DNA of 56,733 bases from Basidiobolus meristosporus CBS 931.73. Taxonomy: Eukaryota > Fungi > Basidiobolomycota. Each line of letters opens with the position of its first letter. Positions within the stretch are counted from its first letter, which is position 1. Shown in pieces: positions 1-13,030 of this stretch. The notes under the pieces are model-generated. The model did not search any database. It was not told the origin of the DNA and saw only the letters and a list, made by a program, of their open reading frames with translations. The DNA is taken from NCBI GenBank assembly GCA_002104905.1, contig MCFE01000575.1:1-56733 (forward strand), given 5' to 3'. Both the position numbers and the translations under genes were made by a program.

Positions 1-62
1 GCCTCCTCTCTAGAAGCATCATATTGACGCTTCTTCTTCCGCACTTCAACTCTCCTGACCGG

Positions 63-1142
63 TGTAGTGTGGTCACAGTGACACCCACAGGCAGATGTGC
101 TCATTCTCATGCATTCACTTCCCTAAAAAAGGATTACCCCCCCTATATTAGTATCATCCCAAATTGCAATATTTTCTATTCTGTCTATGTGATTATTACT
201 ATGCAACCTGACAAACTATTTGTCACTATTAACCCATTGCACAAGCTATTCCTATTCCTTGCCAAGATGCCAAGATAAGATAGTTACCATATAAGGCAAG
301 TACCCCAGCAGTGCCCATGTCATGTGACCATTTTGGTTTCATAACCCTCCTATCCTACTACCATAAGAGGCAACCACAGGACACAGGGGTTTCATATTAC
401 CACTACCTGATTGGCTAGGTGCTACTATGTCTCATGGAACAATCTGCCTAGAATTTGCACTATTTTTAGTACACAATGACATGATTGGCTGTCTACTACC
501 TTCTGGAAACTTCCAGAAAGTATTTTCTAGCAAGAAATTGAGCAGCAAAAAAAAGTATATAAGGGAGGCTATCCCTTAAAATAAATCATCCCTCTTCCAA
601 TATTCCAACTTATTGATTAGTGAGATCACCACTACCTATTACCACTATTTTCTGACTCAGACCTGACAACACTCCCAGGAAACCCCACTGACAGCTAACT
701 GACGTTGGAGGCACTACTTGTGAGGAATACTCAGAGTAGGTATATTTTATTATATTTGTTTGTTTTCCCAAGTTTGTTCTTGTACAGGCAAAGATACTCT
801 GCAGTCTTTGTAACTATTGGTCAAAGCTGCATTCTTATCAAGTCCCTGTTGGTGGGGTTTACAGTTGTTTTGACTTTGGAAGCTTTAGTACATTGTCATC
901 TCAAAGGACATCAAAGCCATTATAAACTTTTGTTAAGACGCCAACTAAGTTGGGGATTGTAGTTCAATAGTTTTCCCTTGACAAGCTTGAGGCTTTATCC
1001 CCCATCACATTAGATTAGACAAAAGACCCAGTATTCCTAGCAAGCTTTTGCCAGAGGTTATTGCACCCAGTGAGCACCCCACACACATTCACACTTGAGA
1101 AGTGTTGGATGTATCTATCCCTTGGACCTATACATCACCACA
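63..1142 (+). repeat. Solo LTR, Gypsy family B (~1080 bp)
   Basis: Starts TGTAGTG and ends CACCACA; homologous along its length to six other copies in the window; flanks CCGG (59-62) and GCGG (1143-1146); orientation set by the PPT next to the 13031-14473 copy. Confidence 0.85.
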
Positions 1143-1630
1143 GCGGGGATATTTTGCTGTCTTGAAAGTGCTCAACACATTTTACATCCCTGTTGTTCTT
1201 TGGATGCCCTACGTCTTATTTTGTTGTCTAAGCCCATGATGTAATACCTCATGAGCTGTTGTTTGGCAATTTTGTCCTTTGGGAGACATTGAACTTGTTG
1301 GAGAAACAGTTCAGTGTAGACTTCATAGCTCTCACTGCCTTTCTTCTGTGAGGACAGTAGAAGGGCTTTGTAGTGGTATCCTTTGGCATATAGAAAGCGT
1401 GTCTAGTAGGCTTCTTCTAGTGCATCCCAGTTGTCTTTAACTGCATCTTCCAACCCATAATGCCATTGCCATGCTGACCCTTCCATATGTCTTGCAAACT
1501 CCCTTACTTTCTTATTGTTGTCCCATCCTGCATCAACTGCAACTCTCTCAAACTTATTGAACCACTCAAGGGCTTTCTCTCTCTTTCCCTTGTATGTTTT
1601 TAGTTTGATTGTAGTAGTCATTACCTCACT
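1143..1630 (-). pseudogene. Gypsy family C gag relic, interrupted by the family-B LTR (continues at 1-62)
   Basis: ORF 1403-1621 (YKGKREKALEWFNKFERVA...ARHMEGSAWQWHY...NWDALEEAY) has the retrotransposon gag capsid pattern; stops downstream. Confidence 0.7.
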
Positions 1631-1649
1631 TGTGCTTATTTCTGCAGAG

Positions 1650-2126
1650 ACGGCACCAAATATGTGGGTTATTACTGACTGTACTTGGTGAGTGGGAGAG
1701 CTTGTAGGTCAAGTCAGTACCACTTGGTTCAGGGTAGCTTCCAATAGAAGGTAGCAAGGTAATAAAGACTTGTGCTTAATTCATCCAATCCCCTTGTCTT
1801 GGTTCAATTGGGTACATATATATATCATTTGCAGGGGCTTAGATAATAGTCAATGTGTTATAAAATAAGGGTGTGAACACCTTCCTGTTATGGTAAGTGT
1901 TCTAACTAGATAAGGGTTGGGATAGGAGGGAGGGCGTGTGGGGGAATTATAGGGAGAATACTGGGGGACTTTGGGTTGGACTCTGGGGAGAACTCTTGGG
2001 CAAAGAGTTGGTACTGCATTTAGTACTCACACAGAGTACTCCAAGTTTGCTGAGGGATCAACTTTTACTCTGGAAATTAATTGATATTTAATTATTTCAT
2101 GCAAATAATTCAAGTTGATGTGTACA
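1650..2126 (-). repeat. Candidate PBS (TGGTGCCGT, 1650-1658) and 5' LTR (~1663-2126) of Gypsy family C
   Basis: On the minus strand TGTACAC...ACCCACA is followed by TTTGGTGCCGT just upstream of gag; single copy, so the outer boundary is uncertain. Confidence 0.4.
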
Positions 2127-2129
2127 AAT

Positions 2130-2830
2130 CTACTGGGCCAAAGTGCTGGTTTTTCTTCATTTAAGTTGCATATACTAGCTTTCAGATAAAATAAAATATA
2201 AGTCAGCTTGTATAGATTCTGATCCCCAATACCTATAGCAATATGGGCACAATTTGATCAGTGATCCTGCATCCAGAATTGCCAAAACTGAAATTGAGTC
2301 CTTTTGCTGTAGCCTTACTTACAAATACTAGATTCCTGGCTATATCTGGTACAAAGAGTACTGCCTTGATGGTAAGTGTGTGGCTTCTTTTACTGCATCT
2401 AAGGTTCACTATGATAACATATCAAGTCCTAAGTTTGATCATCCATCAAGGCCTCATATTCCTCAGTTATTACAGATCTCTAAAGATTTGTCTTAGGGAT
2501 ATTTAGGGCCAGTTTGGCTGCCAGGTGCTTACCTCTATGGGCTGAATAGGCATAGGCTATGTTTGTACCTACCTACATTGATATAGTAATTTGGGCTATT
2601 TTTTACTCAGTTGGATCTTCTGCACTCTGATACTGGAATGATCACTTTGGTAATATTTCTAAATGCTGATCTAGTCCAAACCACCAATGTTAGGATCTCT
2701 TGAGTGAAGAAAGTTTCAAACAACTTGTGGACTTCAGAATGGATTTTGTCATTTTCTGGAGTTATTTTTGCAGAAGTATTGAGCTATCATCAAGCACTTA
2801 TCCCTAGACTTGATTAGCAGTGTTGCTTTG
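2130..2830 (-). mobile_element. Degenerate, rearranged relic of Copia family B
   Basis: The reverse complement aligns with ~34670-35090 (integrase tail/RT start) and then ~33590-33790 (protease region). Confidence 0.7.
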
Positions 2831-2839
2831 ATATTGAAG

Positions 2840-5250
2840 AGTCTATATGCCTTACACAATACCATATGAAATAATATGTAGGGAGATAGAGAGACAAGAC
2901 AAGTTGCAGATACTGGAGTATCCAAAACTTATTAAGAATATAACATTCAAGTCTTTCATGGATTTAATGAGTGAACAGATGGAGGACAGCCAGGGAGACC
3001 TGGAAGGTGCTGAGGACAGATGCTCAAATGGATACACTTATTCCTTAGGTATTACAAAGCTAAGTAGTCCAATAAGTGAGTAACTAATTAAGCAAGGCAA
3101 GGTTGAGTTGAGCACAACAAGCACACAAATTTCATTAGGGCAACTTTGCACTAAGAAGCTCTGCAGCCTCAATGCACAGGTATTCAGTCAGGTTATGCAT
3201 GGTGGGGTGGGCACAACAAGCCACCCACCTTAATTAAGACAAATTTACCAAATCATGTTAGGTTTTTCTTGGTCACAAGTCTTTTTTAGCACCATTCAAT
3301 AGAGAATTCACAAAAGCTAGAGTCAGAGTGCACCTACAAGCGGAAAAAGAATCCAGCAGGGAGAAGGGTTATTTTGGCTAACTTTCAAAAAGTTCTTAGT
3401 GGATATTGAGGATGCGCTTATGGCAAATGTGACTGCAACCGGTGTAATGGTGTATAAGTCCAAAGGGCAAAATACAGCCAATACTTCTCAAGTGTGAATG
3501 TGTGTGGGGTGTTCACTGGGTGCAATAACCTCTGGCAAAAGCTTGCTAGGAATACTGGGTCTTTTGTCTAATCTAATGTGAAGGGGGATAAAGCCTCAAT
3601 CATGTCAAGGGAAAACTATTGAGCTACAATCCCCAACTTAGTTGGTGTTGTAACAAAAGTTTATAAAGGCTTCAATGTCCCTTGAGATGACAGTGTACAA
3701 AGCTTTCAAAGTCAATACAACTGTAAACCCCACCAACAGGGACTTGATAAGAATGCAGCTTTGACCAATAGTTACAAAGACTGAAAAGTATCTTTGCCTG
3801 TACAAGAGCAAGCTTGGGAAAACAATCCAATATAATAAAATATACCTACTCCAAGTTTTCCTCAGAAGTAGTGCTTCCAAGGTCAGTTGGCTGTCAGCAC
3901 GGTTTCCTGGGAGTATTGTCAGATCTGAGTTAGAAAGTAGTGGTAATAGCCAGCGGTGATCTCACTAATCAATAAGTTGGAATATTTGAAGAGGGATGAT
4001 TTATTTTCAAGGTATAGCCTCCCTTCTATACTTTTTTGCTGCTCAAATTCTTGCCAGAAAATACTTTCTGGAAGTTTCCAGAAGGTAGTAGACAGCCAAT
4101 CATGTGATTGTGTACTAAAAATAGCTCAAATTCTTAGCGGATTGTTCCATGAGACATAGTAGCACCTAGCCAATCAGACAGTGGTAATATGAAACCTCTG
4201 TGTCATGTAGTTGCCTCATATGGTAGTAGGATAGGAGGGCTATGAAACCAGGATGGTCACATGACATAAGCACTGTAGAGGGTATTTGCCTTATATGGTC
4301 ACTGTCTTATCTTGGCATCTTGGCAAGGAATAAGAATAGCTTGCGCAATGGGTTAATAGTGACAAATAGTTTGCCAGGTCATATAGTAATAATCACATAG
4401 ACAGATAGAAAATATTGCAATTTGGGATGATACTAATATAGGGGGGGTAATCCTTTTTAGGGAAGTGAACATTTGGGAATGAGCACATCTGCCTGTGGAT
4501 GTCACTGTGACCCCACTACACTGGGAATATGCTTGCAAGATGTATATGCCATTAGCAATACAATGCACATGACAACTTTGTAAGTATCACCTTGAAAAGC
4601 AGTAAAGTTGAGGTGATACAAATATGTAAATTGCAGCAGGTGTGTGCCTATGTAGTGGTTAGTAAGCAGGAACCCAGAGTTTGCTCTGATTTGGACTATA
4701 TATGGAATACCCAAGGTTGCAGTGGGTATGCAAACAACAAGGGGTGACTTTAGAGTGGAATATATAAATGGTGCTAGGGGAGGTAGAAAGAGGAAGTACC
4801 ACATGGTAAATTGGTACAGTAACATTATACAGAGCTAGCTGTAGGCCACCATACTACCATTACAATGCAAGCAAAGGTCTGGAATAAGGCTCTCCAAGCA
4901 CTGTCAAGTTTGTTGACATTTAAGGCAATTGGATGTATTGGCTGGTTTGGATCACTTCAAATAATGTGGAGTGCATTAAAACCATCACAAAGTCATGCAA
5001 TACTTACTAAAAGACTACTAAATCACCATAAAGCTTTTAGCCTTATTTGGTGGTAGATTATGCAAATCACCATGGCAATTCCATCATAACATTATGTAGA
5101 GGGTCAATAATTCTAAGTTGCTGGTATTAAGATGGCCTTGTTGCAGAATCTTGATAATTGATCTGTATTGGATCTACCCACAGGACCAAATTGTATTTCA
5201 AATGGACAGAGCCTGTATATCAGATAAGCTTAACAAGGGATGTCATTAAG
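2840..5250 (+). mobile_element. CACTA-like transposase C-terminal relic and downstream sequence, interrupted by an LTR
   Basis: Aligns with ~45130-46300 (PYEIICREIERQDKLQILEYP vs EQMCGEIGRQVKLQVLPYP). Confidence 0.7.
3443..4520 (-). repeat. Solo LTR, Gypsy family B
   Basis: TGTAATGG...CCCCACTACA; inverted homolog of 63-1142; flanks CCGG (3439-3442) and CTGG (4521-4524). Confidence 0.9.
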
Positions 5251-5729
5251 TAGGTTGGGGTAGATGGTCCACAGTACTTAGTCAAGGTCTTTCTAATTTG
5301 TCAAACAGAACCGTAGTGCAAATGATGCAACTGATGAGAATTGACCCTTTAGAAAAGTAAGTGTTAGAACAGTAGGCAAGTGATGGAGTGAGAATGAGTT
5401 AAATCAACTTGATGCAATCAGCTCAATTTGTGTGGTTCTCTATGCATTAAGGTTGAATCTGCATCAATTGCCATCTATTCTGTTATGATATTGCAAACAA
5501 TATACTTAAACATTGACTTGGCAATTTTGTTGATGAATTATTTGCAATTCTGTAGCAGATATGAAATCTGCAACAGGTGTAGTCTGATCTATTGCAATGC
5601 AACTCAATTTGTACCATGCATAATATATGGAGATTGCAGCAATCACCTTAGTTTTAGTATAAATATAATATATATGACCTGCTTGATGTTAATATAATGC
5701 TATTGTAGTACCCAAAAGTAGTAGTCTAG

Positions 5730-6200
5730 AAGTGCAAAGCAAGTCACTACCAAATGCTTCAGTAGTAATCCAAGTTTAGAAAGAATTGCGCAAGGATGAT
5801 GTCATTTCATTGAGTTGCTGTGGTTTGTTGTAGTCCAAACAGCACATATTTTCTTTGAGATCCAAATCAGATCAATGCCAGCCAGTGACCACTGAATTCT
5901 ACAACAGTGTACATCAAAGTTGTGCCACACTATGGACACTACCCCAATATATAAATGCCCTGCATATATATACATCACCAGTAGCACCAGTACAGCTATT
6001 GGATCTATAAAGCAGCTACTTGATTGATTACATGCCAGCCTTCACACCTTGTCCAATCACTAATCTCAGGGACTTACTTGCTCAATAGGCAAACAGGGAC
6101 ATTTGATGAAAAATCAGGTAGTTTTTTTTTAGCCAATGCATAAATTGGGGGCTCACAGCCCAGGATAGTTTTAAGCCAATCTACTACTGACATAGTGTAT
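5730..6200 (-). mobile_element. Fragment of a Pangu-like element, inverted relative to 38140-41542
   Basis: Aligns with the reverse complement of ~38480-38960 (e.g. GTCACTACCAAATGCTTCAGTAGTAATCC). Confidence 0.7.
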
Positions 6201-6299
6201 TAAAAGACACCTACCAGTTATGTTTAGCTCCTAAAAGTATATACCTTGGATGAGATTTCTTTATTGACAAGAATCTTCCAGGAGAAGAAATACTAAACT

Positions 6300-7250
6300 G
6301 ATAAGCAAAGTTACACTGATTGCTGATAAGAAGGACTCTGCAGGTGAGCAAATCACTGATAGTGATTCAAACATTACCCTCACAAACAGCCTGACTAACA
6401 GACTTCAGCACCTTATTGCAGACCTAAATGCTGAACTGAAATTTGTTCTTAAATTACAAGCAATATAGTCTTCTGCATATTGTATTAAGTGGATCAGGTG
6501 TCAATAATTATACAAGATATATGTTAGGCTACTTCATGTAGAGTAAGGGGAATGATTTGTCTATGTTCAGAAACCCTGAAGCCATGGTAAACAGAGATAT
6601 GGGATACAATACAAGAAATTACACATTGAAATGGTGGAGATTGTACATGAGAACTTTTTATCCCCTTCTGCTACATTCTTGGGTTAAAATGAGAGAATAC
6701 TGTACCATACTCCTTGTTGCAAAGTGAAGCATCAGGCTGTTCAAATAGCTCAACAACCAATATTGAAAGGCAGAGAATCCAGAATAAATATTATCCTGTA
6801 ATTTTGGGGCAGAATCTGCTGCTAAAGCGGTTTATCTCAAAAATTGAAGTGATGGCAGAATACTTTGTATATCCACTCTATTTGTGGCATGGTACAATTG
6901 CAGATCTAGTGCAGAACTTTAAGCATATCCAGGTGCACAGGATATGCAAAGACACTCCCCAGAGATCAAAACCTAAGCCAGAGAGTGTAAATATACACTG
7001 TTAAGCTACTGCAATGTGAGTAAGTCATACATTTTGGGTAATACCAATGAGAAGAAGCTGACCATATCTAGGGATATGCTGATTTATGAGAATCCAAGCA
7101 CCTTGAGAGAAATGACATCTGATCATGCCCTACAAATAATAACTTGGTCCCAAGCGTGGATCCTATGTGCAGCTTGGAATAATTGGTCATCTTTGCAATC
7201 TCATTATAAGATTGAATTGAGCTGTGCTGATAGTACTAGTGAACTTAGAT
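6300..7250 (+). pseudogene. Copia integrase relic
   Basis: Degenerate match to ~34200-34720 (TVPYSP; SVKC..LGYCN.SK; NEKKLTISRD). Confidence 0.6.
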
Positions 7251-7259
7251 AGTGCCATC

Positions 7260-9373
7260 CATACTTACATATGTAACAAAAATCTTTAGCTTGATTTGGA
7301 GTGTCATAGATGCTGAGTAATCAATCTTGATACAGTAGTGCATTATCAATATCATCCTCATGAAGCTCCCCTTCTGATTTCTCAAGGTAGTTACCTACAC
7401 TTAGTCTATTACTTTGGAGCTGTTTCCTTGATGAGTCCTGTTCACTATGCTCTTGGAAGCTACTTGGCTCCACTAATATATCATGTAGTACATTAGTAAC
7501 TTGAGGCAAAAACACATTTAAAATCCACTTAGTTCACAAAGCTGAAGCACAAACAGACCCATTTAGTTTATACTGCGCAATTTGCGCACAGAATTGTTTG
7601 CACACCACTTCCTCATCAAATCCCCTCAGTTGCAGCTTACTTTGAATTCCATACATGACTTGTGGTTTATCTTTCTGCATATATCTGCTGACATTGTAAT
7701 GAAGTACTCATGTCAAAGCTTTCTACTCAAGTTGTTCCATATCTGCAAACTCTTTGAGATATCCAGTTCTGCTAGATTTATTAGTAGTGCTCAAATTTAT
7801 GTATGAAGGCTCATCCTAGACACTTGGGCAATACTTAATTATCTGTTACAAGCTCAAATGGATTCAACATATGTTCTCCTATTCAGATTATGCTTGTTAA
7901 TGGCAGAATGGATCATGTCTGGTTTGTACTTAAGGTGAGTTCAATTGTAGTATAGGGACCATTGTCACAGATTTGGACACTAATACAGTAGCATATTGGC
8001 ATCAATTTGGTCTTAAATTAAATGCATTTGAAAACTAATTGGGCTGTGTAATATGCAAATATTATGCATGATGTATCTTAGATTGCAATGATGTGGATCA
8101 AATCACAGTAATTGCAAATCCATATTTTTTCATACACTTGTAAGTAATTCAGCAATAAAGTCACAATGTCATTCTTTGGCAATGATTTTGCAACCTAATG
8201 ATGGGATACATGGTGATTGATGGGGACTTATTCAAAATTCATGGAAAACTAGACAAATTAAGCTTATTGCACCAAATCTACTCAACTTATACCAATTTGA
8301 TCACTTACTAATTGTAATATGACCAACTCATCTGGATGATCTTATCTTATCAACCTCATTACCACCACTGAATCTTGGTCAATCACACCTGAGGAGATCT
8401 TTACTAAGTACTGTGAACTGTCTATTCAATGATATTCCTTGTTACACTTCTCTGCTTTTACAAGAGCAATTGCCTACAAGGTTTGTTCCCACCATTCATG
8501 GCAACAAAAGCCCTAACAGCCTTCATTCCCTGTTGACTACAATAGAGAACCATCTTGCAGAGTATATGTATAACCCAGAACATGCTTGGAATATTTGGCT
8601 GACAAGCTTAAAAGAAATCAATATCCCAGAGTGACCAGCAACAGGTTTTGTATCAGGAGTAATTTGAGCACTGTCCCAACAGGGCTTATCAGATATTCTT
8701 GAGGGCAGAGGCACTTTTATTCTGCCAAATACAAGGCGCAGTGTGCAAAACGTGAAGCTCTGTCTAACATTGAGGGTCACACCATTTGGTTTAGCATGCT
8801 GTTTGCTGGAAGTGGGCAAAACAAAGCACATTTGATAGAGATTTGTTTGGAATTCAGCAGAGGGGAGAAAGTTACATCATACATAGCTGATATAGGAGAG
8901 GATTGTCAGGGATTTGATGTAATACAGCTTGTAAGAGGCCAAGGAATGGGGAGCCAAGCAGGAAGCAGAAGCTATAAAATGAGATTTTTGATTATTTCAT
9001 AGTGAAAGTAGAGCAAACATTTGGATATATAAAGAGATTTGGCCTATTGGCAAATGAACACAAAGAAAAATCATGTACAGGGGAAAACAGCAAAATAGAT
9101 GAAGTAGTGAAAATACTTATAAGTATATAGTGTATTCACATAAGAGGACATACACCCAGAGAAATGTGTCTGGAGCATTGTGAAGAGCAAATAAAGTGAA
9201 AAAAGCACTATTCCTTGCACTAACAGAAAGTTTCAGTGAAATAGCCAGTAAATGTTTTATTTTGCAAACATTATAGTGGATATTATGGTGCCAGAAAGTG
9301 CTGTAGAGTGGCAGATCAATCTGGCACTATTGATAGGCTGTCACTATGTGAGACTATCACTCAGAACACATCT
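7260..9373 (+). mobile_element. Degenerate Pangu-like element (ORF2 relic on minus ~7260-7830; transposase relic on plus ~8330-9190)
   Basis: Colinear with ~39500-41542; many stops; a decayed right terminus ends ...GAACACATCT. Confidence 0.8.
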
Positions 9374-9423
9374 GATCTTTGCTTCAACTTTTTTGTACAT
9401 TTAGACACCTTGGCCTGTAGTAC

Positions 9424-10489
9424 TGTAGTGGGGTCAAAGTGACACCCACTGACAGATTTGGCCATTCCCATATTTTCCGCTTCCCTATTTCTTTACTACC
9501 CTTATTTTAGCTTTATCCCATTTGTCTTATCTGATCAGTACTATCCTATAAGCTGGCTAACTACAATACCTGCCTATTTATTGTACAAGTTACCCCTCAC
9601 TCTATGTAAGATTACCAGATGTAAGTTCTTCTATATTAGGCAAGTACCTGTGCCAGGATCTGTGAAATATGATTAAACTGTGTTACCAACCCTACCAATT
9701 TCTTTCCATATATGGCATTCAAATGTTACACAGGTCTCATAACACTGATCCCTGATTGGTTGGAGGTGCTTTACCTCTTAGGACCTTCTGGCATCTACTT
9801 AGAACATTCTTTGCTCATTCTGATATCATTCAGATTTCTATTAATCTCTGGAACCCTCTGGAACACAACAATTAACATTTACTTATCAAGTGAAGAAAGT
9901 ATATAAGGGAGGCAATCCTGGAGTAATAAATCATCATTCCTTTGATCATTATACCAACTTGTGGTTTAGTGTGATCACTTCTACCTGCTGCTACTTGAAC
10001 TTCCAATTGCAAACCACAGGACACTCCCAGGAAATTGTGCTGACAGCCAGCAGACCTTGAAGGCACTACTTGCAAGGAATACCCAGAGTTGGCAACTTTT
10101 GTTATATTTGATTCTTTCTAAAGTTTGTTCTTGTACAGGCAAAGATACTTTTCTATCTTTGTAACTATTGAACACAGCTGCATTCTGATTGAGTCCCTGC
10201 TGTCAGAATTTACAACTGTTTTGACTTTGAAAGCCTTGGTACATTGTTATCTCAGAGGATGCTGAGCCCAGTACAAACTTTTGTGAAGATACCAATTAAG
10301 CTTGGGATTGTAGCTCAATAGTCTTCCCTTCACAAGCTTGTAGTTTTATTCCTCTTTGCCTTAGAGTAGAGACAGAACCCAAGTATTCCAAGTAAGCTTA
10401 TGCCAGAGGTTATTGTACCCAGTGAACCCCCTACTCAAAGTACTTGAGAAGTGTTTGATGTATCTCCCACTTTGGCTTTTATTACCACA
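9424..10489 (+). repeat. Solo LTR, Gypsy family B (non-matching flanks)
   Basis: TGTAGTGGGG...ACCACA; homologous to 63-1142; flanks GTAC and CCAC. Confidence 0.8.
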
Positions 10490-11000
10490 CCACTTGATAT
10501 CTTTGCTCCAGTTGAAGGCATCTACTTAGCTGATTTAGTTTGTTCTCCAATGTATATGTGAGCTTTGGTTGTGAGGGATCTTTTGGATTTCATGGCTCAC
10601 ATCTACTTGCTAGGTAAAATGGCCATTGTTGGGTAGTGTCATGCACTGTATTTCAGGAGGCAACTAATGCTTGGTCTATGTACTTTTCTCATATACTCTT
10701 AGTATCATTTGCATTCTTGGTCAGCATTTTGTCAAATTGTCCATTCAGCCACCCAGTGACTCTATTCAGAATGACTTAAGATTCATGCTGATTAGTGTCT
10801 ATTCTTCTCTGAGGGTAGTACCTTAAGATCTACCCCTACCAGTAGCATTCAAAACAAAGTCCTTTCTTAATAGATTCTTCCTAGGTGTAGCTATCAGCAA
10901 TAGTTATCCCAGATGTTATTCAGTATTGCAATGACTAGATGTATCTATATCAGGCATGCACCTGCATTGATACCTGCAGCACATGACCCAGGGTTATATG
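10490..11000 (-). mobile_element. Internally deleted Gypsy G1 relic (gag zinc-knuckle region joined to integrase end)
   Basis: The reverse complement aligns with ~25330-25500 and ~28190-28450. Confidence 0.65.
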
Positions 11001-13030
11001 ACCCTACCTACTGTTTCATCACCAAGCATGGTATCTCTTTGTAACACAGGTTTCAGACTACTGATCATTGATTGATTTGATGGGCTTTGCCATTCAGAAC
11101 ATTCCAAGGTCTTCTCAGGATTTTTTTAGCCTGTAGTGATGTTATTGAGAATTCTACTGATGCCTGGAATCTTCTTGAACTTTCTCATTAGTGATCACTT
11201 GGCAATAAGGAGAAGTACTTAAGGAAGTCAATCCCTGACCAATAAATTAATCCTTCTATCTGTTGCAATTTAAGAAGTGGTTTGGATAAAAGGTACTTAT
11301 CACAAAATAGTGATAATGGCTGAACTGTTGTTTATTCAGAGTGAAACCTGGTATTAATACTGTTATAGAAGTAAAACAGCTGCAACACTAAGTAACAAGC
11401 ACTCCTCAGCACCCAGGAGCAATCTGTATTACTTTCATAGCAATGCAAAATGTTTGGTAAAAGTGCAAATCTAATCTAGACTACAAGGGAGCAATTATAG
11501 GGGCATTGATCTGAAGAGAGTGGCAGAGTTAGGGCTGTAGGTTAGTCCAACAGTTGTTACAAGTCTTGGTATAAGACTTGTGGAGGAATAGGGAGTTTAG
11601 CTAGTATTGTATTCACTAAAACTAGAACTGATCTTTATTGAGGTTTCAGCAGCTCCTTATATGCATTTTGCCTGATCAATTGCTGAGTAATTGTATTTCC
11701 TAATGTAGGCTGTGGCTGATAACTCATTTGATTGCATCATCATCACCCAATAAGATCCTACTTAATATGTTTATTTCTGTCTGATAACAATCTGCTGATT
11801 CATTTGCTGACTAATGCTACTGATTTGATAGATAATGCTGATATACTGATAATTTAAACATATAACTAATTGATTTGACTAAAAACTGATCTAACTTAAA
11901 CATTCAAGCAGCAGATCATAGCATTCTCCTCTACCAAAGTTGAGAGGGTTCTCCTGAATCTTTTTCTTGTGATACCAATATCTTGATGGTTCAGTATTAT
12001 CAGCAAGTCTTGCAAGCTTGAGTCTGTCCCAATGCACTAAGTCTTCCCAAATATTGCCTTGCTTGTCCACTAGTTGGTAAGTTGCAAATGGACATTCTCT
12101 GATGATCTTGAATGGTCCTGTCCATTGTGGCTCAAACTTCTTCCAAGTGTTGTTTCTTAGCAATACAAAGTTCCCAACTGTCAATGCTTCTGGTGCTATA
12201 GTCTTATCAAATCTCTGCTTCATCTTTTCTGCGCTTTGAGATACTTTGGCCTGTGCCCCTTGATGTCTTTGTTCCAGTTGCTGGTGTCTACTTGGCTGAC
12301 TGAGTTCATCTTCTAAGGTATCTGTGAGCTTTGGTTGTGTGAGATCTCCTGGAATCCTAGGTTCACATCCATACACTAAGTAAAATGGCAATTGCTGCGT
12401 GGTACTGTGTACTCTGACTCTGCATGCAAAGAGTGCTTGGTCTATATACTGATCCCATCTACTGACAACTCCATTTGCATACTTGGTCTGTATTTTTCCA
12501 AATAGTTCATTGACCATTCAGTGACTCCATTAGTTCTGTGGTGATATGCCAAGGTTTTCAAGTGTTTGATCTACTGCATTTCCAGGTAAGCTTCCAATGT
12601 CTTTGCCATAACGTTTGCACCTCTATTGGATAGAATCTCTACAGGGCATCCAAATTTCATAAGGATCCCATGGTAGATGAAAGTTGCAACTTCTTGTTCA
12701 CTGGCTATAGGTACAGCTTTAGCAACTGGCCATTTGGTGGCATGGTCAGTTGCTACTAGGATCCAATGGTTTCATTTCCTGGTAGTTGGCTGTCTTCCAA
12801 TAAAGTCAATTCCCCGTCTCTCAAATGGTCTTCAAGGATCCAAGGGAAAAAGTTCAGCAATTCTCTGTGGTTGGCCTTGGCTGATTTGGCAATTTGGGCA
12901 TGTTTTCACTGGCTTCTTAATGTCTTGTTTCATTCTGGGCCACCATGCTCTGGCTTTCACAAGGCTATAGGTTTGTTCAATTCCAAGATGCCCATATCCA
13001 TTGTGTAGCTTATGTATTACATCCAGGCAA

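Noticed and set aside
705-962. Recurrent similar ORFs (MEALLVRN... here and at 3638-3880; related short ORFs near 9981, 13332, 30186, 42592) suggesting a small gene family
   Set aside because: All lie within family-B LTR copies, occur on different strands and frames, and are broken in most copies; shared DNA explains the similarity
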